Positions 19,337 to 29,646 of a stretch of DNA of 64,000 bases are shown piece after piece. Origin of the DNA: Thermoplasmata archaeon (lineage in GTDB: Archaea; Thermoplasmatota; Thermoplasmata; Lutacidiplasmatales; UBA184); assembly GCA_035501555.1 (NCBI GenBank), contig DATJWA010000027.1:256156-320155 (forward strand). Direction: 5' to 3'. Made by a program: the position numbers and the translations under genes. Under the pieces are notes generated by a model. The model was not told the origin of the DNA. It made no database searches and was given only the letters and a program-made list of their open reading frames with translations. Every line of letters begins with the position of its first letter. The first letter of the stretch is position 1.

Positions 19337-20443
19337 ATGGCCAAGGCTCCCTCGAAGCTGCAGCGCGACGCCGCGCGCAATATCGTGACCAAGTACCTCA
19401 AGGTCCGCGCGGGGGAAAACGCGATCATCGAGTCGTGGGACCACACGGTGCCGATGGCCTCGGCGATGGTCGATGAGGTCCGCCGGGTGGGCGGCAAGGT
19501 CCTCTTCGTCTACGGCGACGAGGACGCGTGGTGGCGCGCGATCGACCGCAAGCAGAGCAAGCTCCTCGGCGAGTCGAGCGCGCCAGAGTGGGCGGCGCTG
19601 AAAGCCGCGGAGGTGTACGTGAATTTCTGGGGTCCGGGCGACAGCTACCGACTCGAGAAGTTTCCCGACAGCGCCAACGACGCCTTCGACTGGAACTGGC
19701 CCTGGTACGCCATCGCCCGCAGGGCGGGGCTCCGCGGCGTGCGCATGACCACCGGCTTCGTGACGGAGATACGGGCCCGGCAATGGGGCCTGGACCGCGC
19801 GCACTGGGAGGAAGGCGTGCTGCGGGCATCTCTGGTCGATCCGGAGGAGATCGCGCGACGCGGGGCGCGCCTCAGCAAGGCGCTCTCTCGCGGGAAGAAG
19901 GTGCGGATCACCCATTCGAACGGAACGGACCTGGAAGTCGCCCTGGCCGGGGTGGCTCCTCGCCTCTTCGACGGGAGACCCCACCCGTGGGGCAAGGGAG
20001 ACCCCCCCTCCGGCATGCTGCAGCAGGTCCCCGCCGGAACCCTGGACGTGGCCCTCGACTCCAAGACCGCGGAGGGGAGCTTCCACACGAACCGCCGGAC
20101 CAACATCTGGTGGAACTGGCACGCGGGGGGAGCCCTCGAGTTCTCCGAGGGCAAGCTGACCTCGTACTCCCTCGAGGAGGGAGCGGAGGAGTTTGCCCGT
20201 CAGTACGAGAGCGGCACGGCGGGCAGGGACCGTACCAGCGTTCTCAAGCTCGGGCTGAACCCGGCCGTGCGGGACGTCCCCAACTTGGAGACCGTCGAGA
20301 GGGGCAGCGTTTCCCTGCAGATCGGGGGAAACCGGTATCTCAAGGGGGCTAACCGATCGAATTTCTTCAGCTGGTTCACTCTCGCCGGCTCCGAGGTCGC
20401 GATCGACGGGACTCCGGTCATCCGCGCCGGGAAGCTCCTCTGA
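19337..20443 (+). CDS. M29/thermophilic aminopeptidase-like protein (possibly degenerate)
   Basis: LKVRAGEN, VRITHSNGTDL, LGLNP, IGGN, VAIDGTPVIRAGKL. Confidence 0.7.
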   Translation: MAKAPSKLQRDAARNIVTKYLKVRAGENAIIESWDHTVPMASAMVDEVRRVGGKVLFVYGDEDAWWRAIDRKQSKLLGESSAPEWAALKAAEVYVNFWGPGDSYRLEKFPDSANDAFDWNWPWYAIARRAGLRGVRMTTGFVTEIRARQWGLDRAHWEEGVLRASLVDPEEIARRGARLSKALSRGKKVRITHSNGTDLEVALAGVAPRLFDGRPHPWGKGDPPSGMLQQVPAGTLDVALDSKTAEGSFHTNRRTNIWWNWHAGGALEFSEGKLTSYSLEEGAEEFARQYESGTAGRDRTSVLKLGLNPAVRDVPNLETVERGSVSLQIGGNRYLKGANRSNFFSWFTLAGSEVAIDGTPVIRAGKLL

Positions 20444-20746
20444 GCAACGATGCCACGTGCGGGTTGGACTCGCCGACGCCGCTCAAGGTCGCGAAGGTAG
20501 ACCGAGCGGCATTCCCGGGGCCGGGTTGCCGGACCTTGGACCATGGATCGAAGTGCACCCGCCCTCGACGACCCTCGGCGTCGCGTCCAGCGACTCAACG
20601 CTCCGCGACCCCGCAGCGGGTCCGGCCACGAGGCGCCACGCCGGAGCGAGTCGTGCGGCCGATGCGTGGGGGTTCGGCCCCTCGCGGGTGTTCCACGACC
20701 TCTCCGTACGACTTTAAGGCCGAAGTCGATGAGACCTCGGGAACCC

Positions 20747-21136
20747 ATGAGCGGCGAGGTCGGACACTTCGAGCTACCCGCGGACAACACCGAACGAGCC
20801 CGCAAATTCTACGCGGCGGCATTTGGTTGGAAAATGACCCAGGCTCCCGGGATGGACTACACGATGGTCCGCACCGGGCCGGCCGACGAGAAGGGCATGC
20901 CGACCGCGCCGGGGTACGTTGGAGGTGGGATCGTCCCGCGGGGTGGGAATGTGACCCACCCGGTCCTGACGATCGTCGTGGAGGAGATCACGGACGCCGA
21001 GAAGCGGATCGAGAAGAACGGCGGAAAGATCCTCCTCCGAAAGCAGCCGATCGGCGACGGCAGCATGGGGTACATGGGGTACTTCCGGGACAGCGAAGGG
21101 AACGTGATCGGCGTCTACCAAGCACCGAGGCCCTGA
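20747..21136 (+). CDS. VOC/glyoxalase family protein
   Basis: HFELPADNTERARKFYAAAFGW, FRDSEGNVIG. Confidence 0.9.
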   Translation: MSGEVGHFELPADNTERARKFYAAAFGWKMTQAPGMDYTMVRTGPADEKGMPTAPGYVGGGIVPRGGNVTHPVLTIVVEEITDAEKRIEKNGGKILLRKQPIGDGSMGYMGYFRDSEGNVIGVYQAPRP

Positions 21137-21279
21137 GCGCCCGCTCCCTCCGCGCTAGCCGTCGACTCCGCCGGCCGGCCGACCGACCGGATCTCGTGCA
21201 GCTGGGCCGGTTCGCTCGCCCTGCCTCCGGTGTCGTCGTTTAAGTCTCCGCCCCGTCTGACCCGGGTGAGGGTGCCGGG

Positions 21280-21747
21280 ATGCCGGTCGCATCGCTTCGG
21301 TACACGTTCCGCCAGCCGTTCCGCGCTCCCGCGAAGGCCGCGTACGAGTGGTGCACGGATTTCGGTCCCAGCGATGGCGGATTCTTCGAACCGAAGTGGC
21401 GCCGGGTGGTCCAGCGGCTCTCGGACGACGCCTTGATCCTGAGGGATACGACCTACCCGGCGGGAAAGCGGCGTGTGATCGAGCGACTGGTGCGCCTGAA
21501 CCCTACGGACCTCGCCTGGACCAACACCCACATCTCCGGTCCGTTCCGGCACTCGCAGTACTGGTACCGCATCGTGGCCGACGGACCTCGACGCTCCCAT
21601 CTCGAGTTTCTCGGGATGCGACTGCTCCGGACCCCGAAGGCCCTCCGTAGCTCCGAGGTCGCCCGCCTCGCCGAAGAGGAGCGCCGGGTCGACTCGAGAC
21701 TCTGGCGGCAACGGCTCGCGCCGGCCCTCGAACGCGACCTAGCGTGA
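21280..21747 (+). CDS. Hypothetical protein (SRPBCC-like fold possible)
   Basis: FRAPAKAAYEWCTDF N-terminus; TTTAAG TATA-like motif upstream. Confidence 0.6.
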   Translation: MPVASLRYTFRQPFRAPAKAAYEWCTDFGPSDGGFFEPKWRRVVQRLSDDALILRDTTYPAGKRRVIERLVRLNPTDLAWTNTHISGPFRHSQYWYRIVADGPRRSHLEFLGMRLLRTPKALRSSEVARLAEEERRVDSRLWRQRLAPALERDLA

Positions 21748-21787
21748 AGGTCGCACCCGAAGCGGCGGGCCGGCCGGACCGACCCTC

Positions 21788-22855
21788 CTACGAAGCGGCC
21801 ACGCGCGCGTCGGGCAGACGCCCGGTCGAAGCCGGTCGGGGTATCCCCAGAGCGCGGTCGGTGACCTCGATCGAGGTGGCGGCGTCGGGGGCGAGGTCGA
21901 GCATCGCCCGGATGGCGTCGATGGTCTCCGGGATCACGATCGACTCCTGGTGGATCGCCTGGAAAAAGTACAGGTTGTCCCGCACGAGGTGGATCCCGTG
22001 CTCCCACAGGACGTTCTCCATCACGTCCGGCCGGCCGTTGAGGGCGCGGTCCCGACCGTACTCCATGACTTGCGGGGTCCCCGTCACGCGGTCCCCCTCC
22101 TTGAAGAGGTGGAACCGGGGTGTGGCACGGAACCGGTCGATGACCCCCTGGGTCGACGCGGGGGGCCGCGAGAGACGCACGTGGTTGGAGTGGACGTGCA
22201 TCATCGTGGTCGAGACCGTCAACGCGGTGGTCGTGATCGAGAGCCCCGGGAAGACCGTTTGGACGTCCGGTCCTTGATGCGAGGGAACCTTGAACGACGG
22301 AAGGATGCCATCGATCGGCCCCTTGCCGACCTCCTGCGGGTCCGCGGCACGACGGACCAAGGTCGCCTCCCAGTGGTCGACCCCGAAGGCGGGGAGCAGC
22401 ACGGCGGCGGCTCGGCAGATCGCCGTGGTGTTGCACGAGACGACGCGCACCTGCTTCTTCCCGCGGGCGGCGTCGTAGTTCGCGAGCGCCGAGAAGGAGA
22501 GGCTCGCCACGTCGGCCTTCTCCCCGCCCTGGAAGACGGAAGGGATCCCCGCGTCCTGGTAGATCTTGGCGTTCACCCGGCCGGTGCTTTCCGGCGAGCA
22601 GTCGACGATGATGTCCGAGGCTCGGATCAGGTCCTCGATCCGGCCGGCGACATTCAACCCCTCACCCTCGAACTGGTCGACCGTCCCGTTCCCCGTGACG
22701 AACACCGGGTAGCCCTTGGCCCGCGCGGTCCGAATCTCATAGTTCGGTCGGATATCCGCGACTCCGGCCAGTTTCATGTCCGGCTGCCGGGCGACAGCAT
22801 CGGCCACGCGCTTCCCGATCGTCCCGTAGCCATTCACACCCACACGAGCGGTCAT
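21788..22855 (-). CDS. gap: Type II (archaeal) glyceraldehyde-3-phosphate dehydrogenase
   Basis: VNGYGTIGKRVADAV, FQGGEK, VVSCNTT, RRAADP, IHQESIVIPETIDAIRAM. Confidence 0.95.
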   Translation of the reverse strand: MTARVGVNGYGTIGKRVADAVARQPDMKLAGVADIRPNYEIRTARAKGYPVFVTGNGTVDQFEGEGLNVAGRIEDLIRASDIIVDCSPESTGRVNAKIYQDAGIPSVFQGGEKADVASLSFSALANYDAARGKKQVRVVSCNTTAICRAAAVLLPAFGVDHWEATLVRRAADPQEVGKGPIDGILPSFKVPSHQGPDVQTVFPGLSITTTALTVSTTMMHVHSNHVRLSRPPASTQGVIDRFRATPRFHLFKEGDRVTGTPQVMEYGRDRALNGRPDVMENVLWEHGIHLVRDNLYFFQAIHQESIVIPETIDAIRAMLDLAPDAATSIEVTDRALGIPRPASTGRLPDARVAAS

Positions 22856-23138
22856 TTTCCCTGCTTCCTTCACCGTAGAAGGTGTGCCGAGTGTGATAAG
22901 GTCACCATAGGGCCGGATTGACTTCGCCCCCGGTTCGATCGGCCGAGCGGAGCGAAAGGGGGGATTTCATCGAGGAAGCGATCCCCCTTCCCGCCCGCTC
23001 GAGCCGAGCTCGGATTCCCGACACGATAAAGTACGGTCGGACCGGTCCCCCTCGTGGTCCCCGCCGCCCGGCGGCCCCGTCCGCGGCGCCCCCGACTCGC
23101 GGCGGGTACGGCCGGCCGTTCAGCGGGGACAGGGAACT

Positions 23139-24920
23139 ATGGCACGCGCCTCTCGGACTCGGGAGAGGGCCGCGTCGGCGCCCGCGCGCGGGCGGCGAAC
23201 CGCTCCGGAGGGCTCCCGGCCGCGGGCGATTCAGCCCTTCCTTCACCGGACCCACACGGCGTACTTCTCGATGGAGCTGGCGGTCCGACCCGAGATGCAC
23301 ACCTATTGCGGGGGACTCGGACTTCTGGCGGGCGACACGGCCCGAGAGTGCGCAGACCTCGAGCTACCCGTGGTCTTCGTGACGATGCTGAGCCGGCTAG
23401 GGTACCTTCGACAGGAGATCGGTCCGAGCGGGGAGCAGCTCGAGCTTCCGGACCGGTGGGACCCGAAGAGGTGGTGCCTGCCGCTCCCGACCAGGGTCGC
23501 GGTGGAGGTCGAGGGAAGGTCCGTCGTGGTTCGATCCTGGCTGACCGTCCTCACGGGCTCGCAGGGATTCCGGGTGCCGGTGCTCCTGCTCGACACCGAC
23601 CTGAGCGAGAACTCCGAGGCGGACCGGAAACTCACCGACGCCCTCTACGGGGGGGACGTGACCTACCAGCTCAAGCAGGAGATCGTCCTCGGGCTCGGCG
23701 GGCTGAGGGTACTTCGGGCCCTGGGCTTCGACCTGCGGACGTACCACATGAACGAGGGCCACGCCGCCCTCCTGACGCTCGACCTCCTCCGCGACGCAGT
23801 GAGGGGTCCCCGGAAGTCGACCGCTGGGCGTGCGCTCTCCCCGGTGGAAGAGATCCGCCGGCGGTGTGTGTTCACGACGCACACGCCGGTCAAGGCGGGA
23901 CACCACCAGTACGGCTACTCCCTCTTCGAGCAGTTGCTCCCGGGGGAGGTCGACCCCACCACGCTGAGGAGTCTAGCGGGGGCCTCCCGCCTCAACCTGA
24001 CCCTGCTCGGCATGAACCTCTCCGGCTACATCAACGGGGTATCCCGACAACATGCCGACACCGCGCGCCAGATGTTCCCCCGTCACCGCATCCACGCGGT
24101 GACGAACGGCGTCCACCTGGGCACGTGGACGCACCGCTCGTTCGCGCGGCTGTACGACCGGAGAATCCCGAGGTGGCGGGAGGAGCCTGAGCTCCTCGTT
24201 CGGGCGCACCAGCTGGTGGAGCGGGAGGTGTGGGATTGCCACCAGGTCGCCAAGCGAGAGCTCCTCCAGCGTGTCCGCCGAGCGACCGACGTGTCGCTCG
24301 AGCCGGGGGCCATGACGATTGGATTCGCGCGACGGATGACCGCCTACAAGCGCCCCCTCCTGCTCTTCGAGGAGCCCGATCGGCTGGCCCTCTTGGCTTC
24401 CCGGCGGCGCTTTCAGGTGCTCCTCGCCGGGAAGGCTCACCCTCACGACAAGGCGGGCCGGGAGGCCGTGCAGCGGCTCCACGAGCTCGCGCGCAAGCTG
24501 GACGGACGGCTCTCCTGCGTGTTCCTGGCCAACTACGACATGGAGTGGGCGAAAGCCCTCGTGGCGGGGTGCGACGTCTGGCTCAACACTCCCATGCCCC
24601 CGATGGAGGCCTCCGGGACCAGCGGCATCAAGGCGGCCCTCAACGGGGGGCTCAACCTGAGCATCCTGGACGGGTGGTGGGCCGAGGGGTGTGTCGAGGG
24701 GGTCAACGGATGGTCCATCCCCCACTCGAAGGGGACCCACACCGATCGACGGGACGCCGCGTCGCTCTACGACCGACTGGAGAACGTCGTCCTGCCGTGC
24801 TTCTACGACGAGCCCCTACGCTGGCGCGTGATGATGAAGCAGGCCATCGGCCACATGGGTTCGTACTTCAACACCCGGCGGATGCTGCACCAGTACGCCA
24901 CCGAGGCCTACCTCCACTGA
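23139..24920 (+). CDS. glgP: Alpha-glucan phosphorylase
   Basis: AYFSME, GGLGLLAGD, HMNEGH, FTTHTP, FARRMTAYKR, EASGTSGIKA. Confidence 0.93.
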   Translation: MARASRTRERAASAPARGRRTAPEGSRPRAIQPFLHRTHTAYFSMELAVRPEMHTYCGGLGLLAGDTARECADLELPVVFVTMLSRLGYLRQEIGPSGEQLELPDRWDPKRWCLPLPTRVAVEVEGRSVVVRSWLTVLTGSQGFRVPVLLLDTDLSENSEADRKLTDALYGGDVTYQLKQEIVLGLGGLRVLRALGFDLRTYHMNEGHAALLTLDLLRDAVRGPRKSTAGRALSPVEEIRRRCVFTTHTPVKAGHHQYGYSLFEQLLPGEVDPTTLRSLAGASRLNLTLLGMNLSGYINGVSRQHADTARQMFPRHRIHAVTNGVHLGTWTHRSFARLYDRRIPRWREEPELLVRAHQLVEREVWDCHQVAKRELLQRVRRATDVSLEPGAMTIGFARRMTAYKRPLLLFEEPDRLALLASRRRFQVLLAGKAHPHDKAGREAVQRLHELARKLDGRLSCVFLANYDMEWAKALVAGCDVWLNTPMPPMEASGTSGIKAALNGGLNLSILDGWWAEGCVEGVNGWSIPHSKGTHTDRRDAASLYDRLENVVLPCFYDEPLRWRVMMKQAIGHMGSYFNTRRMLHQYATEAYLH

Positions 24921-25228
24921 GCCGGGCCCACTGTCAGAGCACGGGCACGACGGGTGGGGGCGCAAGGTCGGCGACGTCGGAAGGCCTGTAGGCCGCGGGA
25001 GTGGTGTCTCGTTGCGGCCTTTTCTCGTACCAGCGTCAGGGCGTCACCCCTCCCGGAGATCCCACCAACGCCTCGACCCGGGCGGGATCCTATCGCCGGC
25101 GTGGGGGGAGGTGCGGCTACCGGTGGGCGACCCGTTCGCCGGGCTCCGAACGAAGGACGGCGTGAGGTAGTCGCGGAGACCATCCTACTTTCGTTCCCCA
25201 ACTGAACTATATCCCGCGCTGTCGATGC

Positions 25229-25699
25229 ATGGCACCGAAGCGGAACCCGATGTCTCCTCCAACCAGCCGAGCCGTGAGCCACCAGTACTTCATCCGAGCG
25301 TCGCCCGAGAAGGTCTTCGCCGCCATCACCGAACCGCAGTGGCTGGTCAAGTGGCTCGCCGACCACGCCGAGATCTCTCCTCGGGCGGGAGGCAGCTGCA
25401 CGCTGGGGTGGAAGGACGGGCCGACGCACACCGGGACGATCATCGAATTCGTCCCGGGAAGGAGCATCACGTTCGCCTGGGAGTGGCCCGGCGTCGACCT
25501 GCGCGGGACGGAGTTCAAGCTCTCCGTCGAGGCGAAGGAGGACGGGACCCTCCTCGCCGTCGAGCACACCGGGTTTCCGAAGCTGGCCAAGTGGGTGGAC
25601 CTGTACGGGGGGGCCGAGTGGGGCTGGACCTACTTCGCCGTGAACCTCAAGTCGGTCCTGGAGCAAGGGCACGACCTCCGCTCGAGGTACGACGGGTGA
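25229..25699 (+). CDS. SRPBCC/Aha1 domain protein
   Basis: IRASPEKVFAAITEP..LVKW, VEHTGF, GWTYF. Confidence 0.85.
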   Translation: MAPKRNPMSPPTSRAVSHQYFIRASPEKVFAAITEPQWLVKWLADHAEISPRAGGSCTLGWKDGPTHTGTIIEFVPGRSITFAWEWPGVDLRGTEFKLSVEAKEDGTLLAVEHTGFPKLAKWVDLYGGAEWGWTYFAVNLKSVLEQGHDLRSRYDG

Positions 25700-25860
25700 C
25701 AGCGGGGTCAGGGGAGGACCGACGCGGGACTCCCGGAATGGCCCGAGTCCCGCGGCCGGCCATACCGGCCCCGACCAGCGGTCCAAGCCATCTCCGCGGG
25801 CTCGCGGGAGGATTCGGCGACGCGCACGGTTAAGTAGCGCGTTGCGCCCGAGGGTGGCAC

Positions 25861-26301
25861 ATGCCGGCCAAACGCGACACCGGGGGGTTCTCGGCCGAAG
25901 AACGCGCCGCGATGCGGGCGCGCGCCCAGGAGCTGAGGGCGCGTCCGAAGGCGGTCGAGACCGAGGGGGAGGCCCCCGTGCTCGCCGCGATCACGAAGAT
26001 GCCAGAACCGTACCGTTCCATGGGGAGGCGACTCCACGCGATCATCACCGCCAATGCCCCGACCCTCTCGCCTAGAACCTGGTACGGGATGCCCGCCTAT
26101 TCCGGCGGAGGCGAGGTCGTCTGCTTCTTCCGCGGAGGGGAGAAGTTCAAGGAGAGATACATGACGCTCGGCTTCAACGATGCAGCAAAGCTCGACGAGG
26201 GTCATATGTGGCCCGTCGTGTTCGCGCTGACGGGGATCACCGAGGCCGACGAAGCAAGGATCGCCGCGCTGGTGAAGCGGGCGATAGGGGAGCGAAGTTG
26301 A
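25861..26301 (+). CDS. DUF1801 (YdhG-like) protein
   Basis: [25 protein letters not shown]. Confidence 0.85.
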   Translation: MPAKRDTGGFSAEERAAMRARAQELRARPKAVETEGEAPVLAAITKMPEPYRSMGRRLHAIITANAPTLSPRTWYGMPAYSGGGEVVCFFRGGEKFKERYMTLGFNDAAKLDEGHMWPVVFALTGITEADEARIAALVKRAIGERS

Positions 26302-26395
26302 CGCCCAGTGTGCGAGGGCCCCGCCCCCGACGACCCCTGCCTGGTTCTTGCCCAGGGAGGAGCTTGATCCCTCCCCGACCGATCCAGGGGTGGCG

Positions 26396-26995
26396 ATGAG
26401 GGGCTCCCGCAATGCCCATCCCGTGGACTACTCCGGCACGGTGATACGACGGGTCGACTGGTCGAAGGAGCTACCGGTCGTCCGTCGACTCTTCCGTGAC
26501 TACCGAGATTGGCTGGCGGAGCACGCAGGCGCGTCGACCGGGTCGACCTCGGCCGTTCCCGTCGGACTCGCTGGGTTGGACCAAGACATTGCGGGCCTGC
26601 CCGGGGTGTTCGGCCCTCCAGCCGGTGACGTCGTTCTCGCCTTCAAGGGCTCGGACCTCGTGGCCTGCGGGGCGGTCCGGGAGCTGGAGCCTCACGTGGG
26701 GGAGATCAAGCGGATCTACGTGCGGGCCGACCACCGCGGACCGGTCTTCGGACCTCGGTTCGCCGACGCGTGCCGCCAGCGGGCGCGCGAGCTCGGCCAC
26801 GACCGAGTTCGAGTCGACGCCTTGCCGACGATGGCGTCCGCGATCCAGTTCTACCAGGAAATAGGGTTCAAACCGATCCCGGCGTACTGGGCTCATCCGG
26901 TCCCCGGGGCGCTCTTCTTCGAGTGGACCGCGGGGGACCGTGCAGCGCCCGACCGTGCCTCGAGACGTGCGAGGCCCCGCCGCGCCGGCCGCTAA
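26396..26995 (+). CDS. GNAT family acetyltransferase
   Basis: ACGAVRELE..GEIKRIYVR..HRG, DALPTM..AIQFY..IGF; start uncertain. Confidence 0.85.
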   Translation: MRGSRNAHPVDYSGTVIRRVDWSKELPVVRRLFRDYRDWLAEHAGASTGSTSAVPVGLAGLDQDIAGLPGVFGPPAGDVVLAFKGSDLVACGAVRELEPHVGEIKRIYVRADHRGPVFGPRFADACRQRARELGHDRVRVDALPTMASAIQFYQEIGFKPIPAYWAHPVPGALFFEWTAGDRAAPDRASRRARPRRAGR

Positions 26996-27046
26996 CCCCA
27001 GACGGACTGTTGGTACGAACCTCGTCGTGGTCTCGTCCACAGCGAC

Positions 27047-27448
27047 TCACGCCTTGTGTTCCCCCTTTCGGCGTTCGGCCCACCGCCGATCGCGCTCGGC
27101 CAACCACTCGAAGTTCCCTGCGTAGTCGGGTCCCAGTTCTCGACGGTCTTGTTCGATCGTGGGTCGCAGAAAGTCCCAGGGAGCGCGAGTCAGCCAGCGC
27201 TCGTGGACGAGCTCCTCGTTCAACACTCCCAGCTTGACCAAGGTGCCCAACGTTTCGAACAGTTCGATGAACCGCTGGACATGCTCGTACTCGGGAGAGT
27301 CGTGGGGGAAGCGGACCGGAGGTGCCCCCACTACCCCGAGATGATTCTTCCGGAACCAGTCGAGCGCAGCCCTCGTCTCCGGCCTCGCGGCCAGGTCGTC
27401 GATTCGAAGAAGGATGTCGGCGTCTTCCCAGGTGGGCTTCCGCGGCAT
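27047..27448 (-). CDS. DUF4760-like helical protein
   Basis: DADILLRI, FETLGTLVKLGVLNEELV, YAGNFEWLA. Confidence 0.7.
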   Translation of the reverse strand: MPRKPTWEDADILLRIDDLAARPETRAALDWFRKNHLGVVGAPPVRFPHDSPEYEHVQRFIELFETLGTLVKLGVLNEELVHERWLTRAPWDFLRPTIEQDRRELGPDYAGNFEWLAERDRRWAERRKGEHKA

Positions 27449-27659
27449 GGTCGCAGGGGACATCTGCAGGTCTATTGGACCTTGGGGGGGAGGCCGCACC
27501 ACACCCCCCCATCCAATCCCGGCCCACCGAAGGGCCAGGGCAGCGGCCCTCCCGACCGGGAGCGCGCTCCAGAGAACACACAACCGAGCGTGCGAACGCT
27601 CCTTGGGCGAGTCCACGCGCTGAACCTTCGTAGCGGTACATAACCCAACGGGCTCCTCG

Positions 27660-28460
27660 GTGAAACTTGCGGGTGGGGACCATGTCGACATTGAAGAGTC
27701 CCGCGGAGTTGTCGTGACGACCGGAGCGGCCGTGGTACCTGCGAGTGAGGACGACGGCGACCGGCGAGCCCGGTCCACGGAGCGGGGGTCCGAGAACGCG
27801 GTCACCTCGGGCGTCGCGCTTCTGAGCCACGCCGCGGACCGGGCGTTGACGTTCCAGAGCTACTTGATCCGTCGTGCGTGGGGAGTCTACTACGCGATCT
27901 GGGCCGCGGCGCTGGTGACTTTCTTCGTATTCCCCGCTCTCGTCGCCGAAGCCTACCCCTCGTTGTCGTTCCTCGGAGAGATCACCTACTACGCGCTCAT
28001 CCTCGCGGTCCTCGGCCTCGCGACGTGGGCGACCTCCTGGTCGTTCGGCCAGACCTTCCGCGCCCTGAATTTTCGTAGAGCTGTCCACCGGGAAGGCCCC
28101 CACCACTGGCACTTCTACCTCTTCCTCACGATTGGACTGGCAACCTTCGTCGCCATCCTCGCGGTTGCCTACCTGAGCTCCTTTGCCGGGCTGTTGGCCC
28201 TCGATGCTGCTCTTGCGGTCATCAACATCTGGATCCTCGTCGCGGTACGGGACACGTTCGCGCGGGTCCCGCCGGAGGGTTCCATCGCGGTGGGCACGTA
28301 CGCCGTGAGCGTCGTGGGCTCCGCGACCGCGCTCGTCCTCACGCACAGTCAGAGCTGGTTCGGTGCCTTCTGGGTCGTGGCGATCATCGGGTGGTCGTTC
28401 AGCGCGGTCTACGCCCTCTACCATGCACCCGAGGAGATGACCCTTGAGTCCGACTTCTGA
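27660..28460 (+). CDS. Multi-pass membrane protein
   Basis: About 6 hydrophobic segments, WGVYYAIWA; start uncertain. Confidence 0.7.
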   Translation: MKLAGGDHVDIEESRGVVVTTGAAVVPASEDDGDRRARSTERGSENAVTSGVALLSHAADRALTFQSYLIRRAWGVYYAIWAAALVTFFVFPALVAEAYPSLSFLGEITYYALILAVLGLATWATSWSFGQTFRALNFRRAVHREGPHHWHFYLFLTIGLATFVAILAVAYLSSFAGLLALDAALAVINIWILVAVRDTFARVPPEGSIAVGTYAVSVVGSATALVLTHSQSWFGAFWVVAIIGWSFSAVYALYHAPEEMTLESDF

Positions 28461-28833
28461 GGGGGAGTCGTCCATCCGGGGCGACCTCAAGGTCCTCGGA
28501 GACTTTCTGCGCCAAGAGCCCCTGAAGAACTCGGTGAGGGTGCTGATTCTGATGTCGTTGGGCATGAATCGGCATCTCGGATTCACCGACCTGCTCGAAC
28601 TCACCAGCGTCTCGAAAGGGAGTCTCAGCCATCACCTGGACCAATTGGCGGCGGCCGGGTATGTCCGCTCGCGAATGGTCTTCACCCTAGCGGGTCCGCG
28701 CCTGCGTGTGGAGATCACGGCTCAGGGTCTCGAGGTCTTCGAGCGCCTCACTCAATCCCTCTCCCAGGTCGCCTCGCACGATGGCGGCGAACGGGAGTCA
28801 GCAGGTTCAGCGACTGAACCTTCGTCGCGATAG
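28444..28833 (+). CDS. Winged-helix transcriptional regulator (ArsR/MarR-like)
   Basis: FTDLLELTSVSKGSLSHHLDQL..AGYV...ITAQG. Confidence 0.85.
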   Translation: MSPTSEGESSIRGDLKVLGDFLRQEPLKNSVRVLILMSLGMNRHLGFTDLLELTSVSKGSLSHHLDQLAAAGYVRSRMVFTLAGPRLRVEITAQGLEVFERLTQSLSQVASHDGGERESAGSATEPSSR

Positions 28834-28860
28834 ATACCGCGGGACGTCCATCGGGTCTTC

Positions 28861-29646
28861 GTGCTACGGGTCGAGCGCCTGTCGGTGCAGTTTGCCGAGA
28901 CGAAGTCCCCCGCTCTTCGAGGGGTCGACCTCACGCTGCAGAACGAGAAGATGGTCGTAGTCGGCGCCAACGGGAGCGGGAAGACGACACTGCTCCGGGC
29001 GATCCTTGGGTTCGTCCGAGCCCAGTCCGGACGGGTGAGCGTATTCGGCGAGGAAGTTCCCTCGATCCGCGGCATGGCGGGGGTCACGACGAACCTTCCG
29101 GAGGTGTACCGGCTGATCTCCCTGCCCGTTCGGGACCTGGTCGCGCTCTACGCGCGAATCAAGGGCGCCGCGGAGACCGAGTTGCTCGAGCGCCTCCACG
29201 AGTTCGAGCTGGACGAGACCCTCGGAAGGAAGAGCTACCAGCTCTCGACCGGCCAGCAGAAGATGCTCGGCAACCTGTTCTCCGTATGCTTCGCACCGAA
29301 GCTAGTCCTTCTGGACGAGCCGTTCGACAACGTTGACTTCACTCGGCGGCGTCGCTTCGTGCGCCTCCTGCGCGAGCTACCAGCCGAGATCCTGCTCAAC
29401 ACGCATGAGCTCGACCTCCTCCCTCAGTTCATCGGTTGGCGTCTGGCGTTCATGTTCGACGGCCAGTTGTTCGGGCCGTTCGGAGTTGAGGACCTCGACC
29501 GACTGTATCTCTCGAGGGGAAGGGTTCCCGGGGCCGTCTCGGTCCTCGAGACCAGCCTCGGGGAGTTCTCGATCACTCTGGACGGCGGTGACCGCCCGAT
29601 CAAGAGCGCCACCAGCATGAGTTCGCTCGTGGAGGCCCTCGCATGA
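28861..29646 (+). CDS. ABC transporter ATP-binding protein
   Basis: GANGSGKTT, LSTGQ, LLDEP, THE. Confidence 0.9.
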   Translation: MLRVERLSVQFAETKSPALRGVDLTLQNEKMVVVGANGSGKTTLLRAILGFVRAQSGRVSVFGEEVPSIRGMAGVTTNLPEVYRLISLPVRDLVALYARIKGAAETELLERLHEFELDETLGRKSYQLSTGQQKMLGNLFSVCFAPKLVLLDEPFDNVDFTRRRRFVRLLRELPAEILLNTHELDLLPQFIGWRLAFMFDGQLFGPFGVEDLDRLYLSRGRVPGAVSVLETSLGEFSITLDGGDRPIKSATSMSSLVEALA

